This document shows positions 1 to 8,900 of a DNA stretch of 40,255 bases, piece after piece. This DNA comes from a virus (lineage: Duplodnaviria > Heunggongvirae > Uroviricota > Caudoviricetes). Numbering within the stretch: position 1 is the first letter of the stretch; each line of letters opens with the position of its first letter. The translations under genes and the position numbers were made by a program. The stretch is taken from the IMG/VR virus record IMGVR_UViG_3300027708_000034, positions 82,332-122,586 of that record; one strand, given 5' to 3'. The notes beneath the pieces were generated by a model that worked only from the letters and a program-made list of their open reading frames with translations, ran no database searches and was not told the origin of the DNA.

Positions 1-366
1 ACCTCCAGAGGTAGCAGGAATGCTGGCATCTCGACCAGCTGCACCACCACCACCACCCAGTGTAAGCACACTGATGCCGCTGCCGACAAATGTAGACGTA
101 GTGCCAGTGGTGCCCGCTCCTGATGCCGCAGCACCAGCGCCGCCTGAACCCACTACGATAGAATATGTTTGTCCGCATATCAATGCAATGCTGCCTGCAA
201 GTGCTCCACCTGCACCTCCACCACCTGCCAATCCTTGACTATTACCAACTCCGCCACCCCCACCACCACCAGCTACTACTAAGTATTGTGCAGAGTAGGC
301 AGGCACGGTTACGCTAGTCTGCATATTGAAACTGCCGTTGAAACTTATACCACCGGTGATTATCAT
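1..366 (-). CDS. Glycine-rich-domain virion/fibre protein, 5' part only (runs off the window edge)
   Basis: Not in the ORF track. Manual translation from ATG at 366 is open to base 1: MIITGGISFNGSFNMQTSVTVPAYSAQYLVVAGGGGGGGVGNSQGLAGGGGAGG...YSIVVGSGGAG. The YLVVAGGGGGG...GGGGAGG motif is typical of the glycine-rich domain of phage tail proteins. Confidence 0.85.
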   Translation of the reverse strand, partial: MIITGGISFNGSFNMQTSVTVPAYSAQYLVVAGGGGGGGVGNSQGLAGGGGAGGALAGSIALICGQTYSIVVGSGGAGAAASGAGTTGTTSTFVGSGISVLTLGGGGGAAGRDASIPATSGG

Positions 367-388
367 GTTAGTAGTTGTAATGTACTTG

Positions 389-790
389 TTAACTGCAACT
401 TAACCCTTGCAACTCGTCTAATGTACTAGCAGTATTTACTAGATCAGTGATGGCACGTAATCTATTTTTTTCTGCTACGACGGTGGTGGTATCTGCGCCA
501 GTTTCCAAAGCTCGCTGGAATAAGATATCTTGTGCTGCCAACAGTGGAGTTCTTTCTGCACGTAGTCTAGTTCTAGTTAATTCTTGTGCCCGTGCAAAGT
601 TGACTGCGACTGTGCCGTCGACTAGTTCCCAGGCGTCAAACCAATAATCGCTCACTGTAATATCATCAGTATCTATGATGATAGAATGTTCAGGCGTGTC
701 TTTGGCCTTGACATAGTCTATATCTAGTTCTGGATTTGGAGCAACAATAGTGACTCCGCCTTTATTGTTTGTATATACGATTGTTTTCAT
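389..790 (-). CDS. Tail fibre assembly chaperone-like protein (paralogue 2)
   Basis: 133 aa, translationally coupled (TAATG) to the 955-aa fibre. C-terminal helical RLRAERTPLLAAQD...RLRAITD pattern resembles Tfa-type chaperones. Near-identical C-terminus to 5494..5898. Confidence 0.7.
   Translation of the reverse strand: MKTIVYTNNKGGVTIVAPNPELDIDYVKAKDTPEHSIIIDTDDITVSDYWFDAWELVDGTVAVNFARAQELTRTRLRAERTPLLAAQDILFQRALETGADTTTVVAEKNRLRAITDLVNTASTLDELQGLSCS
411..639. repeat. About 230-bp dispersed direct repeat, copy A (copy B at 5516..5744)
   Basis: Manual alignment of the 3' parts of the two chaperone genes gives roughly 90% identity, with mostly synonymous changes. Confidence 0.9.
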
Positions 791-3657
791 TATATGAATA
801 CCGCCACTGATACGGCTGCTAGGTTTGTTGAAACAAAAGAAGAATTTACTGTTAGAGCATCTATGACAGAAACTGAGCTAGCATAGGCACCAACAACACC
901 TTGACCAACTCCTAGATTTCTAGCCGACGCCACAGTAGAAGCGTAGGCTGTTGGTAATGGATTATTTAAATTTATTTGGAATGATCCTGTGCCACCGCGA
1001 GCTACACTACTGACATTAAAACTCCTATACATAGTCGGCGGAGTCGTGGTTCCATCAAAGTATACAAACGCCCAAGCAAATTTAGCAATTTCTGTACCCG
1101 TGCTGTCTTTTATCACAGGTGCCGTTAATGGAGCAGCTGACAGTATCTGTGCCACACCATTGTACGTATTAGTACCGCTGACATAGCCAATACCGGTACC
1201 TAGGTACGCAGCTTGGAAATAGTTAGCACCAGCTTGAGTTTGTACTGCCACTGTGGTGGCCACATAAACTCGCATGTCAACATAGTCACCGGTGCCGTTT
1301 AGGTATACCATCGCAGATCCCATGGGCCCTTGTGCAGATGCCAACTCTCCCCTATAACCATTGGTGGCATCAAATGTGCCATTCTTGAGGAAATCTACAC
1401 TGCAATTAACCACACTGGCCAGTTGAACCATACCTGTCAGTAGGTAATAACCTGCCGTAGGAGGGCAGAAACTGTAGGCTGGTACCGTCAATCCATTTAG
1501 GGTAACCGGGGATGCCGTGGCATTAAATGCATTGGCATTATCCCAATTCTTATTTGAAAAAGATATTTTAGTCTGCTGTGTACCAGTTAAACTTTGCCCG
1601 CCAGTGGCTGCATAAGTAAAAAATGTAGGCTCCGAACTGGCAACTGCTTGACTGTTGGCCACTGTAGGACCAGTGATATCCAACCAATAGCTGCTGGTAC
1701 TATCGCTGGTATATCGATATATGTCATCTGTTGATGTATTATACCAAATATCACCTGCTGTGGGATTAGCTGGTGGAGTGCTGGTACTGCTGGTACGTAC
1801 TCCGCCACCTACGATATTTCCGCCCACATTCAAATTTCCACCAATGCCCGTGCCACCAGTTACCTGTAGCGCACCGGTCGTAGTCGATGTAGAAGTGGCA
1901 GTACTGGTTATCGTGGCAGTGGATGCTGACAGTAATCCAACACCGGTAATAAATCCACTGCCAGCTACACCGGCAGTTACGATACTGGTGGCAGTTACGA
2001 CACCGCCAACAAATAGTCCGCCACCTATACCAACTCCGCCCACTACCTGTAGGGCACCTGAATTGGTACTGGTTGTGCTGGCAGTGCTGGAAATAACGAA
2101 TGTACTAGTAGTACCAGTATTGGCAGTACCTGCTGCGGCATATTGACCAATAGTGGCAGTGGTGATGATCTGTGCGCCAGCGATGAATGACGCAGTTCCT
2201 ATATAAACAGCACCACCGATGCCAACTCCACCCGTTACTATCAATGCACCAGTCGTAGTTGATGTTGATGTAGCAGTACTGGTTATCGTAGCAGTGGATG
2301 CTGACAAAAATCCAAGACCGGTAATAAATCCAGCACCAGCACCTATAGTTACAATACTAGTGGCAGTTATCACACCACCAACATATAATCCGCCGCCCAC
2401 GCCAACTCCACCTACTACCTGTAGGGCACCTGAATTGGTACTGGTTGTGCTAGCAGTGCTGGAAATAACGAATGTGCCAGTAGTACCTGTACTGGCGGCA
2501 GATGCCGCAGCATATTGACCAATAGTAGCAGTGGTGATGATCTGCGCGCCAGCGATGAATGACGCAGTTCCTATATAAACAGCACCACCGATGCCAACAC
2601 CACCTGTGACAGTCAAAGCGCCAGTGGTAGTTGACGTTGATGTAGCTGTTCCAGTGACTGTGACTGTGGTAGCAGTTATGCTAGTGGCAGTTATTATTGC
2701 TGCGCTTATCAATGCGGCACCAGTGATAGATCCACCTGATCCAGTGGTTACGATCCTACCACCTAGATATAAATCTCCACCAATTCCAACACCACCTGTG
2801 ACTATCAAAGCACCAGTCGTAGTGCTTGTTGAACTGGCTGTACTGCTGATATTAGCGGTGCCAATAGTAGCAGCACCAGTGATAGTGGCTGTGACACTAC
2901 TGATTAAACTAGCACCAGTGATAGATCCGCCAGAACCAGTGGTCACAAATCTACCACCTATATATAAATCTCCACCAATACCAGCTCCGCCCGTTACCTG
3001 TAAGGCACCTGTACTAGTCGATGTCGCAGAAGTTAAATTGGATATGACAAAAGTGGTAGTGGTACCTGTTGTAGATCCTCCTCCACCAGTGAATAGTACA
3101 CCATTTTGATATAAATTACCACCGAAATAGATGTTACCGCCAATGCCCACACCGCCACGTACCTGTAGCGCACCCGTGTTAGTACTGGTGCTGCTGGTAG
3201 TGTTTAATATTATAAATGTGCTGGTAGTACCTGTGCTATTAGACCCGATTGCCTGACCACCCGGACCATATATATTTCCACCAACCCATAAGTCTCCGCC
3301 AATACCAGCGCCGCCACGTACCTGCAGAGCACCTGTTGTGGTACTGGTGCTGCTGGTGGTGTTTAATATTATAAATGTGCTGGTAGTACCTGTGCTATTA
3401 GACCCAATTGCCTGACCACCCGGACCATATATATTTCCACCAACCCATAAGTCTCCGCCAATGCCTGCGCCGCCACGTACTTGTAGAGCACCGGTGTTGG
3501 TACTAGTACTGGATGCTGTGGAAGTTACAGATAGCGTAGTAGTACCTGTGACATTGCCAACGACTCTAATCCATGCTCCCTTGGTGGAATTATAGATGTA
3601 GGTAATACCGTTTGCTACTGCTGTTTGACCGTTTACTGGGGATGCTGGTAATGCCAT
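790..3657 (-). CDS. Tail fibre protein, 955 aa: N-terminal module, 10 GALxVxGGxGIGG repeats, GDxWY module, C1q-like domain, C-terminal tip domain
   Basis: S/T/G-rich repeats; C1q/TNF-like pattern (F..P.AGYY....KNG...GDYV); C-terminal AWAFVYFDGT...SFNVSSV...G.F.I.....LP tip motif common in phage fibres. Confidence 0.85.
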   Translation of the reverse strand: MALPASPVNGQTAVANGITYIYNSTKGAWIRVVGNVTGTTTLSVTSTASSTSTNTGALQVRGGAGIGGDLWVGGNIYGPGGQAIGSNSTGTTSTFIILNTTSSTSTTTGALQVRGGAGIGGDLWVGGNIYGPGGQAIGSNSTGTTSTFIILNTTSSTSTNTGALQVRGGVGIGGNIYFGGNLYQNGVLFTGGGGSTTGTTTTFVISNLTSATSTSTGALQVTGGAGIGGDLYIGGRFVTTGSGGSITGASLISSVTATITGAATIGTANISSTASSTSTTTGALIVTGGVGIGGDLYLGGRIVTTGSGGSITGAALISAAIITATSITATTVTVTGTATSTSTTTGALTVTGGVGIGGAVYIGTASFIAGAQIITTATIGQYAAASAASTGTTGTFVISSTASTTSTNSGALQVVGGVGVGGGLYVGGVITATSIVTIGAGAGFITGLGFLSASTATITSTATSTSTTTGALIVTGGVGIGGAVYIGTASFIAGAQIITTATIGQYAAAGTANTGTTSTFVISSTASTTSTNSGALQVVGGVGIGGGLFVGGVVTATSIVTAGVAGSGFITGVGLLSASTATITSTATSTSTTTGALQVTGGTGIGGNLNVGGNIVGGGVRTSSTSTPPANPTAGDIWYNTSTDDIYRYTSDSTSSYWLDITGPTVANSQAVASSEPTFFTYAATGGQSLTGTQQTKISFSNKNWDNANAFNATASPVTLNGLTVPAYSFCPPTAGYYLLTGMVQLASVVNCSVDFLKNGTFDATNGYRGELASAQGPMGSAMVYLNGTGDYVDMRVYVATTVAVQTQAGANYFQAAYLGTGIGYVSGTNTYNGVAQILSAAPLTAPVIKDSTGTEIAKFAWAFVYFDGTTTPPTMYRSFNVSSVARGGTGSFQINLNNPLPTAYASTVASARNLGVGQGVVGAYASSVSVIDALTVNSSFVSTNLAAVSVAVFI
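1850..2620. repeat. Tandem 372-bp (124-aa) repeat, two copies; equivalent block with 378-bp period at about 6740..7510
   Basis: atataaacag anchors at 2201/2573 and 7091/7469; shared GAVYIGTASFIAGAQIITTA...STGTT.TF.ISSTAS peptide. Confidence 0.85.
3155..3500. repeat. Tandem 159-bp (53-aa) repeat, two near-identical copies; further near-identical copy at about 9160..9360
   Basis: gtactggtgctgctggt at 3182 and 3341; peptide GALQVRGGAGIGGDLWVGGNIYGPGGQAIGSNSTGTTSTFIILNTTSSTST. Confidence 0.9.
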
Positions 3658-3660
3658 ATG

Positions 3661-5457
3661 TTATAACTCCGCACTTATATATGCTGTTCCGCCGTCAATT
3701 ACGCTGCCCGAAGTAAGTAATGCTCTTTTAACGCTGGAACGCACTGCGGCACCTGCTGAACCAGATATTGTAGGTATTATTCGTTTTTCTAAATAATTTA
3801 TCATATCCCACCATCCATTGCTATCGTACTGTGCGCCTTTTGTCAACGTATATATTTTCGCTGTTTCATAATACCTCTGACACAAGGCCAGCTCTGTAGT
3901 AATAGGTCTGCGTTCAAAGGGGGTTGCCACTGTGCCTGGTTCCAGTTGAACCGCACCTATCTGCCAAGTACCAGATATTTGCGCGCCCACTGAGAACACA
4001 ATTTCAATACCAGTTGTGGCAGCAGCGGGTATGATAATATTAGTAGAATATCGTGTGAGCGTACTGGATACTGTGAATGTACCAGTGGCAATTTGTGTTC
4101 GAGTAGGCGATGCTAGTGTACCAAATGTATCCGCAGTATTGGCATAGTATGCTGTCCAAGTCACTGTAGTAAGTAAACTGTTAGCAAGATATGCACTCAA
4201 TGTCACAGTAGTGCCATTAAGTTCGTAACAGTTAACCGCTTCAATTCTCTGACCAAACCCTATAGCAGTTGTACTGGCAGCACCAGTGAACTGATATAGA
4301 TACTGTAGTGCGCCAGAACCTGCTACTTGTTGCCCAGTCACGTTGGCACCAGTTGAGTAGGCATACCAGCGATCCACAGTATAGGCTAGGGCGGCGGCTG
4401 CTGTAATGGTCTGTGACGAACCCGAGTTGCGTTGATCTGTAGTCATGGCCCCATTAATAATCCTATTGTGCATGCCAAGACTATTGGCCGTAATAAACTG
4501 TGTGCTATCTGGCAGTGTAACTGGTCCTATGGATACTGGTGTTTGCTGTGCTGAGTAAATTGATAGTCCAACACCTCCCACATTGGTTACAGTAAAACTA
4601 CTTGTGCTGGCATCCACGACAGGAACGGTTTGGCAGGTCAGTAATGAGGTATTTGTTATAGCAGTCAGTGGTGCTGAGGGTACTGTAAATGCTGCGGTGT
4701 AAACTGCTGTACCCCTAACTATACGTAAATTGGAGATAAAACCAGTATATCTTGTATTTTGTATACTGCCTATATCAACTGTATATCCCGACGGTCCCTG
4801 CGGGGTTCCAGATTTTGCCACAGAAAATGCTTGTATTCCATTAATATACCCTTTTAATGTTGTACTAGAGTTTGTGTAAACCATTGCAATATGATTCCAC
4901 GAATTTAATGGCACGGTTGATGAACTGGTGGCAAAATTTGAACTACCGTTATAGTAAAAGAAAACTAAATTTCCTGAAGAATTTGTTCCAAAAGACCAGT
5001 AGTTAGTGCTGCCGACAGGATCACCATATGCTATTTGTAAAGGGCCCGTCCCACCTGCAGATGCATTTACTGTATTGTAAACCCACATTTCAATTGTATA
5101 ATCAGTATCCCACCACTGTACTGTTGATATATTATATGGAACCGTTAAATATTGTCCGCTTCCGTTGAACGAGTTAGCATACACATTGGTACTCAGATAG
5201 GTCACTGCGTTGGCCACTGTGGGGCCGGTGATGTCCAACCAGTAAAAACCCACGCCGTCTGTGGTGTATCGATAGATATCATCAGTGGCAGAATCATACC
5301 AAATATCGCCTACTTTGGGATTCGAGGGTGCAGTAGCACTGGTGGTGGAAGTTACTGTGGCAACCCTGGTCCAAGTACCGGATGTGGAATTATACACATA
5401 GGTGATACCATTCAGTGTAGTGGTCTGTCCATTTAAAGGTGATACAGGAAAAGCCAT
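3661..5457 (-). CDS. Fibre/receptor-binding protein, 598 aa, with LamG (ConA-like) domain and C-terminal carbohydrate-binding-like jelly-roll domain
   Basis: FNGSGQYL...DYTIEMWVY...WNHIAMV...YINGI...GFISNLRIVRGTAVY (LamG); NRIINGAM..DQR...DRWY...VQLE.G..ATPFE.RP...EL.LCQRYY (common phage fibre domain); AAGGA Shine-Dalgarno 6 nt before ATG. Confidence 0.85.
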   Translation of the reverse strand: MAFPVSPLNGQTTTLNGITYVYNSTSGTWTRVATVTSTTSATAPSNPKVGDIWYDSATDDIYRYTTDGVGFYWLDITGPTVANAVTYLSTNVYANSFNGSGQYLTVPYNISTVQWWDTDYTIEMWVYNTVNASAGGTGPLQIAYGDPVGSTNYWSFGTNSSGNLVFFYYNGSSNFATSSSTVPLNSWNHIAMVYTNSSTTLKGYINGIQAFSVAKSGTPQGPSGYTVDIGSIQNTRYTGFISNLRIVRGTAVYTAAFTVPSAPLTAITNTSLLTCQTVPVVDASTSSFTVTNVGGVGLSIYSAQQTPVSIGPVTLPDSTQFITANSLGMHNRIINGAMTTDQRNSGSSQTITAAAALAYTVDRWYAYSTGANVTGQQVAGSGALQYLYQFTGAASTTAIGFGQRIEAVNCYELNGTTVTLSAYLANSLLTTVTWTAYYANTADTFGTLASPTRTQIATGTFTVSSTLTRYSTNIIIPAAATTGIEIVFSVGAQISGTWQIGAVQLEPGTVATPFERRPITTELALCQRYYETAKIYTLTKGAQYDSNGWWDMINYLEKRIIPTISGSAGAAVRSSVKRALLTSGSVIDGGTAYISAEL

Positions 5458-5493
5458 TAGTGATCCTTGATTGAAATATTTTGTATGGTAAGA

Positions 5494-5898
5494 TTAAACA
5501 CAGGTCAAACCCCGTAACTCGTCTAATGTACTAGCAGTATTTACTAGATCAGTGATGGTACGTAATCTATTTTTTTCTGCCACGATTGTGGTAGTATCCG
5601 CTGATGTTTCCAAGGCTCGCTGGAACAAGATATCTTGCGCCGCCAATAAAGGAGTTCTTTCCGCACGTAGTCTAGTTCTAGTTAATTCTTGTGCCCGTGC
5701 AAAATTGACTGCGACTGTGCCGTCGACTAGTTCCCAGGCGTCAACAAATTCATCAGATGGGGGCAGGGATTCGGTATCAACTATGATTGCTCCGGGTGGA
5801 CAATCTCTTGCTAAAACTGTTTCGATAGGCAACTCGCCAGATGGTGAACATATGAATACATTCGTACCGTTGGGGTTTTTATAGATTATTGCTTTCAT
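5494..5898 (-). CDS. Tail fibre assembly chaperone-like protein (paralogue 1)
   Basis: 134 aa directly after the 1642-aa fibre (TAA-AAC-ATG); paralogue of 389..790. Confidence 0.7.
   Translation of the reverse strand: MKAIIYKNPNGTNVFICSPSGELPIETVLARDCPPGAIIVDTESLPPSDEFVDAWELVDGTVAVNFARAQELTRTRLRAERTPLLAAQDILFQRALETSADTTTIVAEKNRLRTITDLVNTASTLDELRGLTCV
5516..5744. repeat. About 230-bp dispersed direct repeat, copy B (copy A at 411..639)
   Basis: Manual alignment; encodes DAWELVDG...STLDEL in both genes. Confidence 0.9.
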
Positions 5899-5901
5899 GT
5901 T

Positions 5902-8900
5902 TTATCCAAAAAATGCAACATACGTTATTGCATCTCGCAAGGCAGCGCCAGCCGCGTTATACGTCTGCATTTGACAATTTGCCGCAGCGGGGACTGAGAT
6001 GGCAACTACTGTATTACCAAAGCCCGTGTTGCCGGTCATTACGTAATTTGCGTTTGGCAGAGCATTAGTAAATGTAATTGTAAAATTTCCGGTAGATTGC
6101 TTAGTCACACTGGACACATTAAAACTACCACTAATCGTCGGCGAGGCTATGGTGCCATCAAACTTTACCCATGCCTTGGCAAACTGCCCAATTTCTACTC
6201 CTGCACTGTCTTTTATCAAAGGTGCTGTTGATGTTGATGCAGATAGTATCTGTGCCACACCATTGTACGTATTAGTACCGCTGACATAGCCAATGCCGGT
6301 ACCAAGATAATAACCTTGGAAAAAACAACCTGGATTTAGAGCAGCCACTGTTGCTGCTGCTCCGCAGTACGCAGAAATATCTATGTAATCTGTGGTTCCG
6401 TTGCAGTAAATTACCGCACTAACCGAACTCTGTACAGCATTACTACTGGCTGTAGCAAAATTATCGCTACCCGATTTATAGCCGCCACCATTTTTACGAA
6501 TTATGATCAATAATTCTTGATTGGTCACTGGAGCTCTTATACCTGCGCTAATCTGATAGTATCCGGCAACAGTAGGTGTAAATGTCGAAGTGGCAGTAGA
6601 ATACATACCAACGGTGTTATCAAATTCAACTTGAGTATAATTAATTTTGGTAGTACCCGCACCTAAACTTTGTGTAACAGCAGTACCATATGAAAAAGTA
6701 GGTTGAGTATATGATGTCACTGCTGTACCGGCTCCAGTAGGGCCAGTGATGTCTAACCAAACACTTGTAGCGCCATCTGTGGTATAACGATAGATATCGT
6801 CAGTTGCAGTATTATACCAAATGTCGCCCACTGTGGGATTAGTCGGTGCTGTGCTGGTACTACTAGTACGTATACCTCCACCCGTGACTGAACCACCAAT
6901 ATTGACGTTACCGCCTACGCCAACACCACCTATTACCTGTAGAGCTCCGGTATTGGTTGAAGTAGAACTAGCAGTGCTAGAAATAATGAATGTAGCTGTC
7001 GTACCAGTACTGGCCGCAGATGCCGCGGCATACAATCCAATACTAGCAGTGGTGATGATCTGTGCGCCGGCAATGAATGAAGCAGTTCCTATATAAACAG
7101 CGCCACCGATGCCAACTCCGCCAGAGACAATTAAAGCACCTGTATTGGTCGATGTAGAAGTGGCAGTACTGATTATCGTGGCAGTGGATGCTGATATGAA
7201 AGCAGCACCAGTTATGTAACCAGTTCCAGTAGCGCCACTTGTTACGAAACTGGTAGCAGTTATCACGCCCCCTACATATATGCCACCGCCAACTCCTACA
7301 CCGCCCACTACCTGCAAGGCACCTGAATTAGTACTGGTTGTACTGGCAGTACTGGAAATAATGAATGTAGCTGTCGTACCAGTACTGGATGAGGAGGATG
7401 CTGCGGCATAGAGACCAATAGTGGCAGTGGTGATGATCTGAGCGCCGGCAATGAATGAAGCAGTTCCTATATAAACAGCGCCACCAATGCCAACTCCGCC
7501 TGCTATAGTCAACGCACCGGTAGTAGTACCTGTGCTGGCTGTGGTATTGAATGTTCTGATGATGTCATCAGTTTGTATTATCGTAGTAGTGACTGTGGTG
7601 AACTGAATCGTCAATTGATTGGCAGTTATATTTCCACCCACATACAAATCGCCACCGATGCCAACTCCACCTGTTACAACCAATGCACCTGTAGTAGTCG
7701 ATGTGCTAGTTGCTGTATCATATACTATTACCTGTGTGGCTGTGGAAAATATAGCATCACCACTGCCATCTGGGTCTATTAATAAATTGGCATTTGAACC
7801 TACTGGATATGTCGTGATACTTGTGAATGCTGCTTGAGGTGCTGTTATTTGCCCGCCAATACCTACTCCACCACGTACTTGTAGAGCACCTGTCGTAGTA
7901 CTGGTGCTGCTGGTAGTGTTTAATATTACAAATGTGCTGGTGGTACCTGTCGTAATACTGCCAGATGTCAATGCTGAATAACCACCGGCGTAAATCGTTC
8001 CACTGACATATAAATCTTTGCCTATGCCGGCGCCACCTGACACTTGCAAGGCTCCGGAATTGGTTGACGTGCTGTTAGTGGTATTTGATATCACAAATGT
8101 ACTGGTAGTACCAGTGGTCACAACTCCGTAAGCAATACCACTGTTAACATCAACGATCGTGCCGCTGATGTATAAATTACCGCCAATACCCACGCCACCT
8201 GTGACTACTAGTGCGCCAGAGTTAGTGCTGGTGCTATTAGTAGTTCCACTGACTAAAATTGTGTTTGTGGCCGTTAAATTCAGTGTGGTAATATAGGCCA
8301 CTCCGCTGATGCTGCCTAAACCGCCATCTGTTATAAAACTGCTGGCATAAACAGCTCCACCAACTCCCAGCCCCCCACTTACAATCACAGCACCACTTTG
8401 CGTACTAGTTGATGTGGCAGTGTTGGCAACTATCACAGGTGTTTTGAATGTACCACTGCTAAATGTTAGATTGGGCGCACTCAAGTTGCCAGAAACAGTG
8501 ACATTCTGAGCACAGATAGAACTGACGCCGGTGATAGATCCAGAAGATGCCGTATTTCCTACAGTTACGACACCACCAACACTCAAATTCTCTCCAATAC
8601 CAACACCGCCTGTAACTACCAAAGCACCAGTTATTGTGGATGTTGAACTGCTTGTGTTAGTGATGAAAACTTGCGACTGGAATGTGCCGCTGTTATATGA
8701 TAGATTTGGTGCTGTTAAACTTCCAGTAACATTGATGTTGGTCACTACAATATTACTAACACCAGTGATGGATCCAAACGATGCTGTACTGCCAACTGTT
8801 ACGTTGCCGCCGATATTAACGCATCCGACGATGCCTGCACCACCACGTACTTGTAGAGCACCTGTGTTGGTACTGGTACTGCTGGTGGTGTTTAATATTA

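Noticed and set aside
1142-6303. Possible diversity-generating retroelement template/variable repeat pair (an Mtd_N-like domain is also present at 24750..24912)
   Set aside because: Mismatches are synonymous third-position changes, not adenine-specific; no reverse transcriptase in the window; Mtd_N is a generic anchor domain.
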